Below, in pieces: positions 20,121 through 29,318 of a stretch of 64,000 bases of DNA (its first letter is position 1; the number at the start of each line of letters is the position of its first letter). The notes under the pieces were generated by a model. The model saw only the letters and a list, made by a program, of their open reading frames with translations, did not search any database and had not been told where the DNA came from. This DNA is from Planctomycetota bacterium. Lineage in GTDB: Bacteria > Planctomycetota > MHYJ01 > WSZJ01. The translations under genes were made by a program, and so were the position numbers. The stretch spans positions 224,001 through 288,000 of the forward strand of contig JBBTCT010000001.1 in the NCBI GenBank assembly GCA_038060895.1, read 5' to 3'.

Positions 20121-22724
20121 TTGAACACGACGACCCGCAAATATGAATTCCGTCAGATCGAGGCCCGCTGGCAACAGCAGTGGGACCGGACGGCGCTGTT
20201 TCGCGCGGGGGGACGGCCGGGAAAGCCGAAGTTCTATGCGCTGGTGATGTTCCCGTACCCCTCGGGGACCCTTCACGTCGGCCACGGCCGGAACTACATC
20301 ATCGGCGACGCGCTGGCGCGCTTCAAAATGATGAAGGGCTTCGACGTCCTGACGCCGATGGGGTGGGATGCGTTCGGGCTGCCGGCGGAGAATGCGGCGA
20401 TCGAGGCGGCGCGGAGCGAGGGGGAAGCGGTGCATCCGCGCGAGTACACGCTGCGGAACATCCGCGTGATGAAGAAGCAGATTCACGCGTGGGGGGTCGG
20501 GTACGACTGGGAGCGCGAGATCGCGAGCTGCCACCCCGGGTACTACAAGTGGACGCAGTGGCTGTTCCTGAAGCTGCTGGAGAACAAGCTGGCCTACCGG
20601 AAAATGGCCGCGGTCAACTGGTGTCCCGCGTGCCAGACGGTGCTGGCCAATGAGCAGGTCGAGGAGGACGGGACCTGCGAACGCTGCGGCGCCGCGGTCG
20701 CCCCGAAAAATCTGGAGCAGTGGTACTTCCGCATCACGAAGTACGCCGACCGGCTGCTGGACGACCTCGACAAGCTGGAAGAATGGCCCGAGCGCGTCAC
20801 GATGATGCAGGAAGCGTGGATCGGGCGGACCGAAGGCGCCGACATCGTCTTCCGGCTGGAGACGGGCGACGAGCGGATCAAGGTCTTCACGACGCGGGCG
20901 GACACGCTCTTCGGCGTGTCGTTCGTGGTCCTCGCGCCGGAGCATCCCCTGGTCGCAAAGTGCGCCGCGAAGATGCCCGAGGCGGAGAAGAAGAAACTCA
21001 ACGAGTTCGTGGCGAAGTGCCGCGCGCAGAAATCGATCCAGAGGACGGCGGCGGGGGACAAGGAAGGGATTTCGCTGGGCGTCAACGTGATTCACCCGCT
21101 GACCGGAAAGCCGGTGCCGCTGTGGGCCGCGGACTACGCGCTGATGGACTTCGGCACCGGCGCGGTCATGGGCGTCCCCGCACACGACCAGCGGGATTTC
21201 CTCTTCGCGAAAAAGTACGGCTTTCCGATCAAGGTCGTCATCGCCCCGAAGGGCGGCGCGCTGGACGCGGCGACGATGGAGAAGGCGTTCGAGGACGAGG
21301 GTGTGCAGGTCAACTCGGACGAATTCGACAGCCTGCCGAACAATTTCGGCCGCGCGAAAATCACGCAGGCACTGGAGGCCCGCTCGATGGGCGGCCCGAC
21401 GGTGACCTACCGCCTGCGCGACTGGCTGATTTCGCGCCAGCGCTACTGGGGCGCGCCGATCCCGATCATCTACTGCGCGAACTGCGGCGCCGTCCCGGTG
21501 CCGGAGAGCGAGCTCCCCGTCATCCTGCCGGACACGACCGATTTCAAGCCGAAGGGCCAGTCCCCGTTGGCCGCCGTGGAGAGCTTCGTCAAGACGACCT
21601 GCCCGGTCTGCGAGGACCCGGCGCGCCGTGAGACCGACACGATGGACACGTTCGTGGACTCGGCGTGGTACTTCCTGCGCTACATCTCCCCGCGCTCGGA
21701 GGACAAGGTCTTTGTCAGCGCCGACGTGAACAAATGGCTCCCCGTGGACCAGTACATCGGCGGCGCCGAGCACGCCACAAAACACCTGATCTACTCGCGC
21801 TTCATCACGAAGTTCCTCTATGACATCGAACTGGCAGAGTTCGAGGAGCCATTCTCACGGCTGTTCGCGCAGGGATTGATCTGCGCCGACGCGCACAAGT
21901 GCCCCGAACACGGCTGGGTGCTCGAGACCGAGGTCAAGGACGGGAAACATTCGTGCGGCCAGGACGTGGTGACCGAGCTGCACAAGATGTCGAAGTCCAA
22001 GAAGAACGGGACGGCCCCTGAACCCCTGATCGAACAGTACGGCGCCGATACCGTCCGGCTGTACACCCTCTTCATCGGTCCGCCCGAACGCGACGCCGTC
22101 TGGGCGACCAAGGACATTATCGGCTCGCACCGGTTCCTGTATCGCGTGTGGGAGACGGTCCAGGAAGCGCTTCCTCTGATCCAGGGCATTTCGTCGAAAC
22201 CCGAGAGCCTGCAAGGGCTTGCGGACGAATTCCGTGCCGTTCGTCGAAAGGTCCACCAGACCATCAAGAAGGTCACCGAAGAGATCGAAGGCGGCTTCAA
22301 GTTCAACACGGCGGTCGCTTCGGTGATGGAGCTGGTGAATGAGATGAAGCGAGCCAACTTCCAGGCGGGCGGCCCCGCTGCGGCTTCCGTACTGCGCGAG
22401 GCATGCGAGGCCACGACGCTGCTCCTGGCGCCGTTTGTGCCCCACATGGCAGAAGAACTGTGGGAAATGCTGGGCAGGCCGCCGTCCATCTTCGAGCAGC
22501 CTTGGCCCGTGGTCGACCCTTCAGCCTGCACTGAGAACGAGGTGGAAATCGTCGTGCAGGTCAATGGGAAGGTGCGGAGCCGGGTCACGGTGCCTGCGGG
22601 AACGACGGAAGATCTCCTGAGGCAAGCCGCGCTGGCGGATTCGAGAGTAATCGAAGCGCTGGCCGGTAAAGCGCCGAGGAATGTGATTGTTGTCCCCGGA
22701 CGACTGGTCAACGTGGTCGTCTAG
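20121..22724 (+). CDS. leuS: Leucyl-tRNA synthetase (start uncertain, TTG 20121)
   Basis: MFPYPSGTLHVGH (HIGH), FTTRADTL editing domain, RLRDWLISRQRYWG, KMSKS, VQVNGKVR. Confidence 0.98.
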   Translation: MNTTTRKYEFRQIEARWQQQWDRTALFRAGGRPGKPKFYALVMFPYPSGTLHVGHGRNYIIGDALARFKMMKGFDVLTPMGWDAFGLPAENAAIEAARSEGEAVHPREYTLRNIRVMKKQIHAWGVGYDWEREIASCHPGYYKWTQWLFLKLLENKLAYRKMAAVNWCPACQTVLANEQVEEDGTCERCGAAVAPKNLEQWYFRITKYADRLLDDLDKLEEWPERVTMMQEAWIGRTEGADIVFRLETGDERIKVFTTRADTLFGVSFVVLAPEHPLVAKCAAKMPEAEKKKLNEFVAKCRAQKSIQRTAAGDKEGISLGVNVIHPLTGKPVPLWAADYALMDFGTGAVMGVPAHDQRDFLFAKKYGFPIKVVIAPKGGALDAATMEKAFEDEGVQVNSDEFDSLPNNFGRAKITQALEARSMGGPTVTYRLRDWLISRQRYWGAPIPIIYCANCGAVPVPESELPVILPDTTDFKPKGQSPLAAVESFVKTTCPVCEDPARRETDTMDTFVDSAWYFLRYISPRSEDKVFVSADVNKWLPVDQYIGGAEHATKHLIYSRFITKFLYDIELAEFEEPFSRLFAQGLICADAHKCPEHGWVLETEVKDGKHSCGQDVVTELHKMSKSKKNGTAPEPLIEQYGADTVRLYTLFIGPPERDAVWATKDIIGSHRFLYRVWETVQEALPLIQGISSKPESLQGLADEFRAVRRKVHQTIKKVTEEIEGGFKFNTAVASVMELVNEMKRANFQAGGPAAASVLREACEATTLLLAPFVPHMAEELWEMLGRPPSIFEQPWPVVDPSACTENEVEIVVQVNGKVRSRVTVPAGTTEDLLRQAALADSRVIEALAGKAPRNVIVVPGRLVNVVV

Positions 22725-22903
22725 CCCGGGCCACGCCGCAACTCTCGCCGCAAAAAGAAGTTGTGAGAGTTCTGGATTCCGGGAATTCTTCGTCGCAGCC
22801 CTCCGTTCAGTCCCCATTCGCCAGGGGGCTCGTGGAGTTGCTAGAGGGTTTCGGCCGGCCCGTTTACGTATTTCACGGGCGCCGCTTCTGACCCCGTTTC
22901 CGC

Positions 22904-22932
22904 TTGACGCCCCCCTACCCCCCCGCTAGCCT
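22904..22932 (+). promoter_or_regulatory. Sigma70-like promoter upstream of the secreted paralog cluster
   Basis: TTGACG-N17-TAGCCT. Confidence 0.55.
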
Positions 22933-23073
22933 TCCCGGTCCCGTTAATCCGGATCCGACCCTAAAGATGTCCGTAACGCTGCTTTCTGCCACATAACCGA
23001 TCCTGAGGGAGCCTGCGGGGATGATCCTCGCGAGCTTCTTCGCCTCAGGGGGAACATTTACAGGAGTCAGTCC

Positions 23074-23793
23074 ATGCGCAAGACGATGGTGATCAGCTCG
23101 CTTATGCTGGCGTTGTGTTCGCTTCAGGTCCGCGCCCAGGCGATGGAAGTCATGGACACCACGATGTCCTACATGGACGTCGGGGCGCTGAAGGGCGGGG
23201 AGTGGGTCGAGATGGAGTCGATCATGGAGTACGGCGGCGCCAAGCAGCCCGCGACCAAGTCCAAGACGGCGTGCGTCAAGGTCGATGGGGACCACGTGTG
23301 GATCGAGACCTCGGCCGCTGACGTGGTGACCTGCTACCAGATCGCCAAGAAGGACCGCAAGATCGTCAAGGCCTGGTCGGGCAAGGCCGGAGAAGAAGGC
23401 AAGGAACTTACCGTGAAGCCGGCACCGGCCCCTGGCGCGACGCCGACCCCCACGTACGAGATGTCCGGGACGCGCAAGGTCTCCAAGGAGAAGCTCACCC
23501 TGGGCGGCAAGGAATTCGACTGCGAAAAGATCGACCAGGAAACGACGATGAAGATGAAGGGCATTCCGGATACGAAGTCGAAGTCGACCATGTGGTTCAG
23601 CGATGGCTACCCCTTCAAGTCCTACGTCGACAAGGACGCGAAAGAAGTGAAGGATCCGACCAAGTGGGAAGGCGACAAGCCGACCTACCCGGGTGGGATG
23701 GTCAAGATGGTGAGCGAGGGGACCGGCTACAGCATGACGCAGCAGGTGTCCGGCATCGGCACCGATGCGAAGCCCAGCCTGAAAATGAAGTAA
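23074..23793 (+). CDS. Secreted hypothetical beta-rich protein (paralog 1 of 4)
   Basis: Signal peptide, AGGAG RBS; GGEWVE...TACVKVDG..VWIE...FDCEKI...WFSD..PF...GGMVKM. Confidence 0.85.
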   Translation: MRKTMVISSLMLALCSLQVRAQAMEVMDTTMSYMDVGALKGGEWVEMESIMEYGGAKQPATKSKTACVKVDGDHVWIETSAADVVTCYQIAKKDRKIVKAWSGKAGEEGKELTVKPAPAPGATPTPTYEMSGTRKVSKEKLTLGGKEFDCEKIDQETTMKMKGIPDTKSKSTMWFSDGYPFKSYVDKDAKEVKDPTKWEGDKPTYPGGMVKMVSEGTGYSMTQQVSGIGTDAKPSLKMK

Positions 23794-23813
23794 GACCGGA
23801 TGCGATCAACTCG

Positions 23814-23844
23814 ACCCGCCCCCCACGAGGGGGCGGGTTTTTTT
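23814..23844 (+). terminator. Rho-independent terminator
   Basis: acccgccccc-cacga-gggggcgggt followed by a T-run. Confidence 0.85.
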
Positions 23845-23869
23845 GCGCGCGAGTGTGAGGAGTGAAGCC

Positions 23870-24592
23870 ATGCGCAACCTGACGGTGATCAGCTCGATCA
23901 CGCTGGTGCTGTGTTCGCTTCAGGCCAGGGCCCAGGTCACCGAGGTCTTCGACAATGCCTGGTCGGAATGTGACGTCGCTGCGCTCAAAGGCGGCGAGTG
24001 GGTCGAGCTGGAGGCGCTTGTGGAATACCCGGGCATGAGCGTGCCGTCGAAGAAGGCCAGGAACGCCTGCGTCAAAGTCGATGCCGACTACGTGTGGATC
24101 GAGAGCAGCGTCGCCGACCAGGTGACCTGCTACCAGATCGCCAGGAAGGACCGCAGGGTCCTGAAGGCATGGAAGGGGAATGCAGGCGAAGAAGGAAAAG
24201 AACTGACGGTGAAGCCGGCCCCCGTGGAGGGGCCGACGCCCGCAGCCGGAAGTGAGTGCGCCGGCACCGGCAAGATCTCGAAGGAAAAGATCAGTTTCGG
24301 CGGCAAAGATTATGAGTGCGAGAAGGTGGAAGTGGACCAGGTCATGAAGATGAGCGGAATGGAAATCAAATCCAGGACGACCACGTGGTACAGCGACGGT
24401 TACCCCTTCAAATTTTACATCGACCCGGACGCCAAGCCCGCGCCCGCGAAGGACTCCATCAAGTGGGAAGGCGACGGTCCGTCGAAGAAGGGCGGGATTG
24501 TGAAGATGGTGACGGAGACAAATGGCGGCAAGTCAACGACGCAGGTCATCGCGACCGGTACGGATGCAAAGCCGACCCTGAAGTTGAAATGA
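23870..24592 (+). CDS. Secreted hypothetical protein (paralog 2, close copy of 23074..23793)
   Basis: GAGGAG RBS; near-identical blocks (TCYQIA, AGEEGKELTVKPAP, SDGYPFK). Confidence 0.85.
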   Translation: MRNLTVISSITLVLCSLQARAQVTEVFDNAWSECDVAALKGGEWVELEALVEYPGMSVPSKKARNACVKVDADYVWIESSVADQVTCYQIARKDRRVLKAWKGNAGEEGKELTVKPAPVEGPTPAAGSECAGTGKISKEKISFGGKDYECEKVEVDQVMKMSGMEIKSRTTTWYSDGYPFKFYIDPDAKPAPAKDSIKWEGDGPSKKGGIVKMVTETNGGKSTTQVIATGTDAKPTLKLK

Positions 24593-24653
24593 CTTAGGCT
24601 CAAGCCGAAGGTCTGCTTCGTTCATGGGGTGCCGGTGCGGTAGCATGGCCGGA

Positions 24654-25427
24654 ATGAGAAAGCTGCATTTCCTAGTCGCCCTGCTGGCCGCGATGTGCTC
24701 CGGCGCTTCCCGCGCCGAGGAACCGGCGGCGCCGGCGGTGCATGAAAACGACCTCGCCGACTGGGACATCGCCGCGCTCGCAGCCGGCGACTGGGCGGAG
24801 CACGAACTGGCCGGGCGGTCGGCGCCGGTCACCGCCGGGAACAAGCGGCCTTCGCGGCGGCTGGCGTGCGTGGCAGTCGAGGAAGACCTGGCCTGGGTCG
24901 AAGTCACGATGAAGAACGCCGGCAAGGAGTGGGAAAGCATGGTCCTGTCGCTCGGCGCGCGGAAATCCGACGGCAAGGTCGCGCGGGCCTGCTGGGGACG
25001 ATCCGGCGCGACGGGGACCGAAGTCAAGGTCGGTCCTCCGACCGGCGGTCCCGCCGTCGCCCCGGGCACGCCGAAGCCGACGGTGACGGCCTCGGGGACG
25101 GTGACGAAAGAAAAGGCCAAGGCCGGTTCCACCAGCTACGAATGCGAAAAAATCGAGCTCGAAACCCAGCTCACCAGCTCGTGCTGTGACGAGAAGGCTC
25201 GCATCACCGTCTGGGTCAGCGACAAGGTCGCCTTCCGCGCCCGCGTCGAGGAGAAGGTCAAAGTCAACGGGCTGGAAGCGGAGACGACCTGGAACGGGAA
25301 ACCGACGGTCAGGGGCGGCGTCGTAAAGCGCCAGGTGTCCTCAGGCGGATCTCTCGAAATCATGATGCTGCTGCGAAACGGGACGGACGCGAAGGAAGCG
25401 CTGGCGCGGCCTGAATTCAAGAAGTAA
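24654..25427 (+). CDS. Secreted hypothetical protein (paralog 3)
   Basis: Signal peptide; AGDWAEHE, RLACVAV..AWVE, YECEKIE, RGGVVK. Confidence 0.8.
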   Translation: MRKLHFLVALLAAMCSGASRAEEPAAPAVHENDLADWDIAALAAGDWAEHELAGRSAPVTAGNKRPSRRLACVAVEEDLAWVEVTMKNAGKEWESMVLSLGARKSDGKVARACWGRSGATGTEVKVGPPTGGPAVAPGTPKPTVTASGTVTKEKAKAGSTSYECEKIELETQLTSSCCDEKARITVWVSDKVAFRARVEEKVKVNGLEAETTWNGKPTVRGGVVKRQVSSGGSLEIMMLLRNGTDAKEALARPEFKK

Positions 25428-25435
25428 GCAGGCGC

Positions 25436-26701
25436 CTACTTCAACAGTTCCCGCGCCTCCGCGACTCTCTTCCTCAGGTCGCCGGTCACTGACTCCCCAG
25501 GGAAAGTCAGCAGCTTGCCCCCCGCAGTGACGTTCCCGGCAAGGAATGCCTCGCCGGCCGCAATCCAGCGCCCGAGCGCGGCGCGCGACGCGGCGGATTT
25601 CGGATCTTCCCGGGCGGCCTCGAGAAGCGGCTCGAAAAACTCGAAGAGCTGACCGGCCTGGCCCGGGGCCGCGTATTCGCGGGTCTCGTTCGGCAGCGAT
25701 CTCTCGATCTCCGCACGGACTTCCGGCGGCACGTCCTCGCCGACCTGCGCGCGCTGGCGCTCCTCCGCAGGAAATTCCCAGCGGCCGTCCTTCTCGACGG
25801 CTTCGTCGAACATCGCGCGGATCGCCTCGATGTAGTCCGTGCGCTCCGCGGCATTGCGGTTTTCGCGCGGAAACCGCTCGTGGGCGTGGCCCAGAGTCCA
25901 GACGACTTCCTTCTTCGCGGACCAGTGCTTCATCGCATCCTTGCGAAGCCGCGCGAGGTCCTCCTCCCACGTCGCCTTCATGTGGTACTGGACGTCGATG
26001 TCGTCCTCCGTCGTGGGCTCGATCTTCTCGAATTCCCAGGTGATCATGCCTTCTCGCCGAGCGCCTCCGTGGAGGGGCCGGGCCGACCGGACATGGTCGA
26101 GGGTGAGCGGCTCCTCCGCCCGGAACGTCACGACAGCTTTCCCGATCGGCCCCTTCCAGCGCGACCCCGTCGACAGCAGGTAGGATGCGCGGCGGTACTC
26201 GCTGAACGCGAAGAGTTCAAGCGCGTAACGGACTTTGTGGACGCGTGTCGCGCCGGCGGGGTACTTCGCTTCCCAGACGTACCAGTAGTCGTGGCGGCCC
26301 GTCTCGTCGTACTGGTCGGCCTGCGCCTCGGTCACCGGAACCACCTTGCCCTCGAATCGGTCCACGAGCGTCGGCTCGACCTTCGCCCCGTCGATCTCGA
26401 TCTCGAACCCTTTCATGTTTTTCACGGGCCCGATCGGGAATCCCTCTTCCAACGCAGCGTCGCCGCCCGTGTTTTTCATCTCGAAGGTCGCCTCGACACG
26501 CAGCCGGTCGACCCACGCGTCGCGGTCCGCGCGGCCCAGCGTGAGCGCGACATGCTCCGCGGCCATTTCGACGTCGATCCCCTTCATGTCGCCCGTCGCC
26601 TCGAGCCCCGGAGCTTCGCTGCTCGGTTTGGGGCCGATGTCGGCGCGGGCGGGCAGGGCGGCGACGGCGCCGCAGAGGAGGAGAAAGAGCCGCAGGGTCA
26701 T
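25436..26701 (-). CDS. Secreted DUF4424-like protein
   Basis: Signal peptide; EMAAEHV, ATFEMKNTG, GFP, YLLSTGSRWKGPIG. Confidence 0.7.
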   Translation of the reverse strand: MTLRLFLLLCGAVAALPARADIGPKPSSEAPGLEATGDMKGIDVEMAAEHVALTLGRADRDAWVDRLRVEATFEMKNTGGDAALEEGFPIGPVKNMKGFEIEIDGAKVEPTLVDRFEGKVVPVTEAQADQYDETGRHDYWYVWEAKYPAGATRVHKVRYALELFAFSEYRRASYLLSTGSRWKGPIGKAVVTFRAEEPLTLDHVRSARPLHGGARREGMITWEFEKIEPTTEDDIDVQYHMKATWEEDLARLRKDAMKHWSAKKEVVWTLGHAHERFPRENRNAAERTDYIEAIRAMFDEAVEKDGRWEFPAEERQRAQVGEDVPPEVRAEIERSLPNETREYAAPGQAGQLFEFFEPLLEAAREDPKSAASRAALGRWIAAGEAFLAGNVTAGGKLLTFPGESVTGDLRKRVAEARELLK

Positions 26702-26732
26702 ACCCGGATACTATACCCGTCCCGGAAACCGC

Positions 26733-27512
26733 ATGAGCTTCCCCAATCCCCCGCTGTCTCCTGCTTCAGCCCGGCTCGCCATCGCGGCCGCGCTGGCGCT
26801 TCCGATCGCAGCGGCGGCCTGGATTCTGTTCCGGGCGCCCCAGGACGAACTGCAGCTGGGGCGGATTCCGGAGCCGGATGTGTTCGAGTCGGAGCTGGAG
26901 CCCTACGACTGGGGGAGGATTGCGCCGGGCGACTGGGTGGAACACGAAGTGGCGTCGGCGTCGCCGCTGGACGTCTCGATGAGGGTCGGGACGCGGCTCG
27001 CGTGCGTGGGGTTCGACGGAAGACGGGCGTGGGTTGAACAGCGCGACCACAACGTCGCCCGGTTTTTCCCGGGCGCGTCGGTGCTTTGCGAGGTCGAGCG
27101 CGGGACGGGCCGGATCGCGCGGGCGTGGTGGGGAGGGCCGGGGCGCGCGACCAAGGCCGTCGAGGTCCGCCGCGTCACCCCGAGCGCGGGCCCACCCGGT
27201 TTCGAGCGGCGCGCGCGCGCCGATGCGGCAACCCTTGCCCTCGCCGGACTGGCAATCCCCTGTTCGCGCACGCTCATCCAGGAACGCCCCTCCGGCGGCG
27301 TGTGGTCATCCCGTTCGGCGGTCTGGCTCGCCCCGGAGATTCCTTTCCCTCGGCGCGTGACGATCGCCGCCACGGATTCGTCGGTCTCCTGGGAAGGAAC
27401 CCAGGCCCACGGCGGCGTGGCGCGCGAGGAGTATTCGGGCCTGACGGTCCGCATGACGACCGAAGTGACGGCGTGGGGACGGGACGCGAAGCGCACGCTT
27501 CGTGCCCCGTGA
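26733..27512 (+). CDS. Membrane-anchored hypothetical protein (divergent paralog 4)
   Basis: N-terminal TM; PGDWVEHE, TRLACVG..AWVE, ARAWWG, VWLAPEIPF, HGGVAR, GRDAKRTL. Confidence 0.75.
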   Translation: MSFPNPPLSPASARLAIAAALALPIAAAAWILFRAPQDELQLGRIPEPDVFESELEPYDWGRIAPGDWVEHEVASASPLDVSMRVGTRLACVGFDGRRAWVEQRDHNVARFFPGASVLCEVERGTGRIARAWWGGPGRATKAVEVRRVTPSAGPPGFERRARADAATLALAGLAIPCSRTLIQERPSGGVWSSRSAVWLAPEIPFPRRVTIAATDSSVSWEGTQAHGGVAREEYSGLTVRMTTEVTAWGRDAKRTLRAP

Positions 27513-27528
27513 ACTTCGTCGTCTTCCC

Positions 27529-28410
27529 TTAATCGGTCAGCCGGAACGTGACGGGCATCGTCACGCGCGAAGCCTGCGCCTGGCCGTCCCGAAGGGCCGG
27601 CGCGAATGTCCATGTCCAGGCGGCGTCCTCGGCCGCCTGGTCGAGGAGGCTGTGACCGCTCGACGCGGAAACGCGCACCGCCGAAACGGAACCGTCGGCG
27701 GCGATTTCGAGCGCCAGGGTCGCCGTCCCCTCCCACCCACGCCGCCGCGCGGCCGACGGGTACGCAGGAAGTCGGCCGCCGCGGCGACGCGCCCACCCGT
27801 CGCCACCCTCGCCTGAGGAAGCGGATTCAGCGGGGCCGCCCGCCCCGCCACCGGTCGGGGCGTTTGCGGCAGAATTCCCGTTCCCGGCGGCGGCCTCATC
27901 TCCGGCAGGTGTCCCCGCGCTTTCGCCGCTTCCCCACCGCGCGCCGCGGGCCGCACCCGGACGGCCATGGCCGGCGTGCTCCGGAACGTGGCCGGCCATG
28001 GGGTCGTCGCCGGAAGCGCGTTCAAGCCCGGGTGGCGGCCCTGCGAGGAGTTCTTCGGCGCCGGAAACGCGCGGCGGCTCGCCGGTCTCAATCTCGCCGG
28101 CCGGCAGGTCGGGGACGGCGGGGCGGCGCGAGGCGATCGCTTCGCGGCCGACGGGAAGCGGATCGTGCCCCGCTGCGCCGGTGCCGCCGAGGGCCAGGCG
28201 AACCGGGGCAAGGTCCGGGGTGGCCGCGTGCTTGCGGACGAGAACGGAGGTCAACGTCGCTGCGGCAGCGAAGAGGCCTGCATGAAACACGACGGCAGCG
28301 GCCCAGGACGCCGCGAGCGCGCGCCAGCCGCGGGGAGTTTTCCCCTCGACCGGGCGACGCTGAAGGCGGCCCACCCGCGCCTGGCTCCGTGCTTCGACGC
28401 CTGCGATCAC
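27529..28410 (-). CDS. TonB-family energy transducer
   Basis: TM with conserved His (VVFHAGLF), low-complexity linker, PAYPSAARRRGWEG, SSGHSLLDQAA, WTFAPA C-domain. Confidence 0.88.
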   Translation of the reverse strand: MIAGVEARSQARVGRLQRRPVEGKTPRGWRALAASWAAAVVFHAGLFAAAATLTSVLVRKHAATPDLAPVRLALGGTGAAGHDPLPVGREAIASRRPAVPDLPAGEIETGEPPRVSGAEELLAGPPPGLERASGDDPMAGHVPEHAGHGRPGAARGARWGSGESAGTPAGDEAAAGNGNSAANAPTGGGAGGPAESASSGEGGDGWARRRGGRLPAYPSAARRRGWEGTATLALEIAADGSVSAVRVSASSGHSLLDQAAEDAAWTWTFAPALRDGQAQASRVTMPVTFRLTD

Positions 28411-29318
28411 AGCGATCCCTTCTGCGCTTCGACGTGCTCCATGAACGCCCGGCTGATTCCCGACATTGTCCGTTCGTCCGACGAAATGAGCGTCAGCGCG
28501 CGCGACAGGTCAATCCCGCGCACCCGCGCCGCGGCCAGCGCGCCCGCGCCCAGTTCCGTGCCGATCGCGCGCCGGGAGACGATCGAGACGCCCAGGCCGG
28601 CCTTGACGCTCTCCTTGACCTCTTCGGTCGAGCCGACCTCGACGGACACCTGAAGCGGCCCGACTCCGGCCTCGGCAAGCTGCTTCTCCACGGTTTCGCG
28701 CGTGCCGCTTCCGTGCTCGCGCATCACGAATTGTTCCTTCGACAGGTCGGCCGGCTCGATCTGCCGCTTCTTCGCCCACGCATGTCCCGGGGGACAGATG
28801 ACCACGAGCTCGTCTTTTGCAATTTCTTCGGCCCGGATCCCGCGGCGCTTGACCTTTGAGCCGACGATCCCGAGTTCGATGCGGCCGCCGGCGACCATTT
28901 CGACGATCTCGGAACTGTCGCCGCAGCGGATCGTGACCTTCACGTCGGCGTGGGCCTCGCGGAACGTGCGGATCAGGCCCGGGAGGACGTAAGTTCCCGG
29001 AATCGTGCTCCCTCCGAGGTCGAGCTGTCCGCGCACGGCGCCTTTCAGGTCGTCCAGGGCGCGGATCGCGTCGCGTTGCAGCTGGAGCATCCGCTTGGCG
29101 TGTTCGTAGAAGACCTGCCCCGCGCGCGTCAGCGACACGGCGCCACGGACCCTGTCGAAAAGCCGGTTGCTAACGGTCCTCTCGAGCGCAGCCATATGCT
29201 CGCTCACGGTCGGCTGCGACAGAAACACCGCGTTGGCCGCCTTTGAGAACGAACGCAGCTCTGCCACCTGACAAAACACCTCGATCTGCCGAAGCGAAAA
29301 ATCCGGTCGAGATTTCAC
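28407..29318 (-). CDS. LysR-family transcriptional regulator (CysL-like)
   Basis: LRQIEVF..SFSKAA..LSQPTVS HTH, GGSTIPGTYVLP, REHGSGTR; GTG start overlaps upstream TGA. Confidence 0.92.
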   Translation of the reverse strand: MKSRPDFSLRQIEVFCQVAELRSFSKAANAVFLSQPTVSEHMAALERTVSNRLFDRVRGAVSLTRAGQVFYEHAKRMLQLQRDAIRALDDLKGAVRGQLDLGGSTIPGTYVLPGLIRTFREAHADVKVTIRCGDSSEIVEMVAGGRIELGIVGSKVKRRGIRAEEIAKDELVVICPPGHAWAKKRQIEPADLSKEQFVMREHGSGTRETVEKQLAEAGVGPLQVSVEVGSTEEVKESVKAGLGVSIVSRRAIGTELGAGALAAARVRGIDLSRALTLISSDERTMSGISRAFMEHVEAQKGSL

